Origin: Felis catus
Taxonomy: Eukaryota
Direction: 5' to 3'
DNA length: 64,000 nucleotides
Assembly (NCBI RefSeq): GCF_018350175.1
Contig: NC_058368.1
Span: forward strand, 190,218,001-190,282,000
The number at the start of each line of letters is the position of its first letter. Position 1 is the first letter of the stretch. The notes beneath the pieces are model-generated. The model had not been told where the DNA came from. It did no database searches and was given only the letters and a program-made list of their open reading frames with translations. Positions 62,885-64,000 of the stretch are shown here, in pieces. A program made the position numbers and the translations under genes.

Positions 62885-63574
62885 TCATACTGGGTATTTT
62901 AAATATACACAGATATATACTTCTAAATGACTGGATGTTTGGGAGTCATTTTATTCCCTAGCTGCAATTCCATAATCTGAAAATGAAACTGATAGTATAT
63001 AAATAGGGCTCACAGACTGTTTTGTTTGTATAGTATAGGTTTTTTTTTTTTTTTAATGACTTAAAATACCTTCAGGAGGAGGAATACACCTTTTTATTTC
63101 CCCTGGGTTCCACCATTCCCTATTGCTTTATACTCTGTTGGAATTTTGAGTTTGCCCCCTCTATCATAAAGGATGAGATTCTGATTAAAAGCAAAAAACA
63201 AACAAAACTTTCCAGCCCAGTGATCATTTGAAATGAATACCTATTTTGTCCTAAAGGCATTGACTATAAAAAAATTGAAAGAATTTTATTTAGGCATATT
63301 TCATATATGCTTCATTGCAGCTCAAGTGTTCTTGGAACTGATGACCCTTCTGTTGGCTGAGAGAGGGGCTACTAACACATACTTGATCAAAACCAGTCTC
63401 AGGTTGAGAGACTCTTCATAAAATGACCACTCTTCATTGCAGAGTCTATTAGAATTTCAGCAACACATAACTTGACCACATATGAACTAATAAGAGCCCA
63501 AATGTGTTAATAGAAGTCTTCATTAGCTAATGTTCTTCAACCCTGGTATCATACATTTAGTGAGGACTTCAACA

Positions 63575-64000
63575 TTTTTTTTTATTTTTACATGATTTCA
63601 AATGTATAGAAAAGCTATAAAAATACTATAAAAGAACTCCCTATACACTTGACCCAGATGAACTAATATTGACATTTTCCATATTTGCTTTACCATTCCC
63701 TCTGAATAGATATATATTTTTTCTGAGCCACTTGAGAATAAACTTTACAAAGACTTCAGTATGTATTTATTTCTAAGATGTGGAATATATGCATATATGA
63801 ACATAGTACAATTGCCTAAATCAGGAAATTTAACATTGGCACACTACTGTTACCTCATTTCAGACTCTATTCAAATCTCAATGGATGTTCCAATGATATA
63901 TTTTGTCTCTTTAATTTTTTTTTTTTAATTACTCAAGATCCAATCCAGGATTACTAGTGCATTAGTCAGCACTCATCTCCTTAGGCTCCTTCAATATGAA
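63575..64000 (-). mobile_element. Old L1M (L1MC/ME-like) 3' fragment, runs off window edge
   Basis: T-run followed by ATAGAAAAG..AAAGAACTCCCTATAC.CTT.ACCCAGAT, AAATCAGGAAATTTAACATTG, CAAGATCCAATCCAGGAT. Confidence 0.65.

Overview
Mammalian genomic DNA from a felid, judged by abundant Feliformia-type CAN-SINEs and carnivore L1 3' ends. It holds parts of two tandem genes, both on the minus strand. ITK (Tec-family T-cell kinase) contributes its last ten coding exons (61053 down to stop at 43083; SH2 and kinase domains, 382 codons in an intact spliced frame) and an approximately 2.8 kb 3' UTR. CYFIP2 begins about 8 kb downstream, with a CpG-island promoter, a non-coding first exon (donor at 31926) and four coding exons (residues 1-129) running off the left edge. 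The rest is intronic or intergenic: about 27 CAN-SINEs, L1 fragments, MIRs, MER5/MER3/MER20/MER82 DNA-transposon relics, an LTR33-like LTR and microsatellites. I see no new gene or new biological system. The most unusual items are: (1) a palindromic double-headed SINE remnant with a 16-bp junction duplication in an ITK intron; (2) a tiny L1 insertion that looks like a 3' transduction; (3) three closely spaced inverted SINE pairs; (4) an extended CTCF motif in the ITK 3' UTR; (5) a G-quadruplex/branch-point tandem repeat at the acceptor of the CYFIP2 start-codon exon. Exon numbers, residue numbers and repeat family names come from recalled human annotation and consensus sequences, not a database search. 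Repeat boundaries are approximate unless a target-site duplication (TSD) is quoted.
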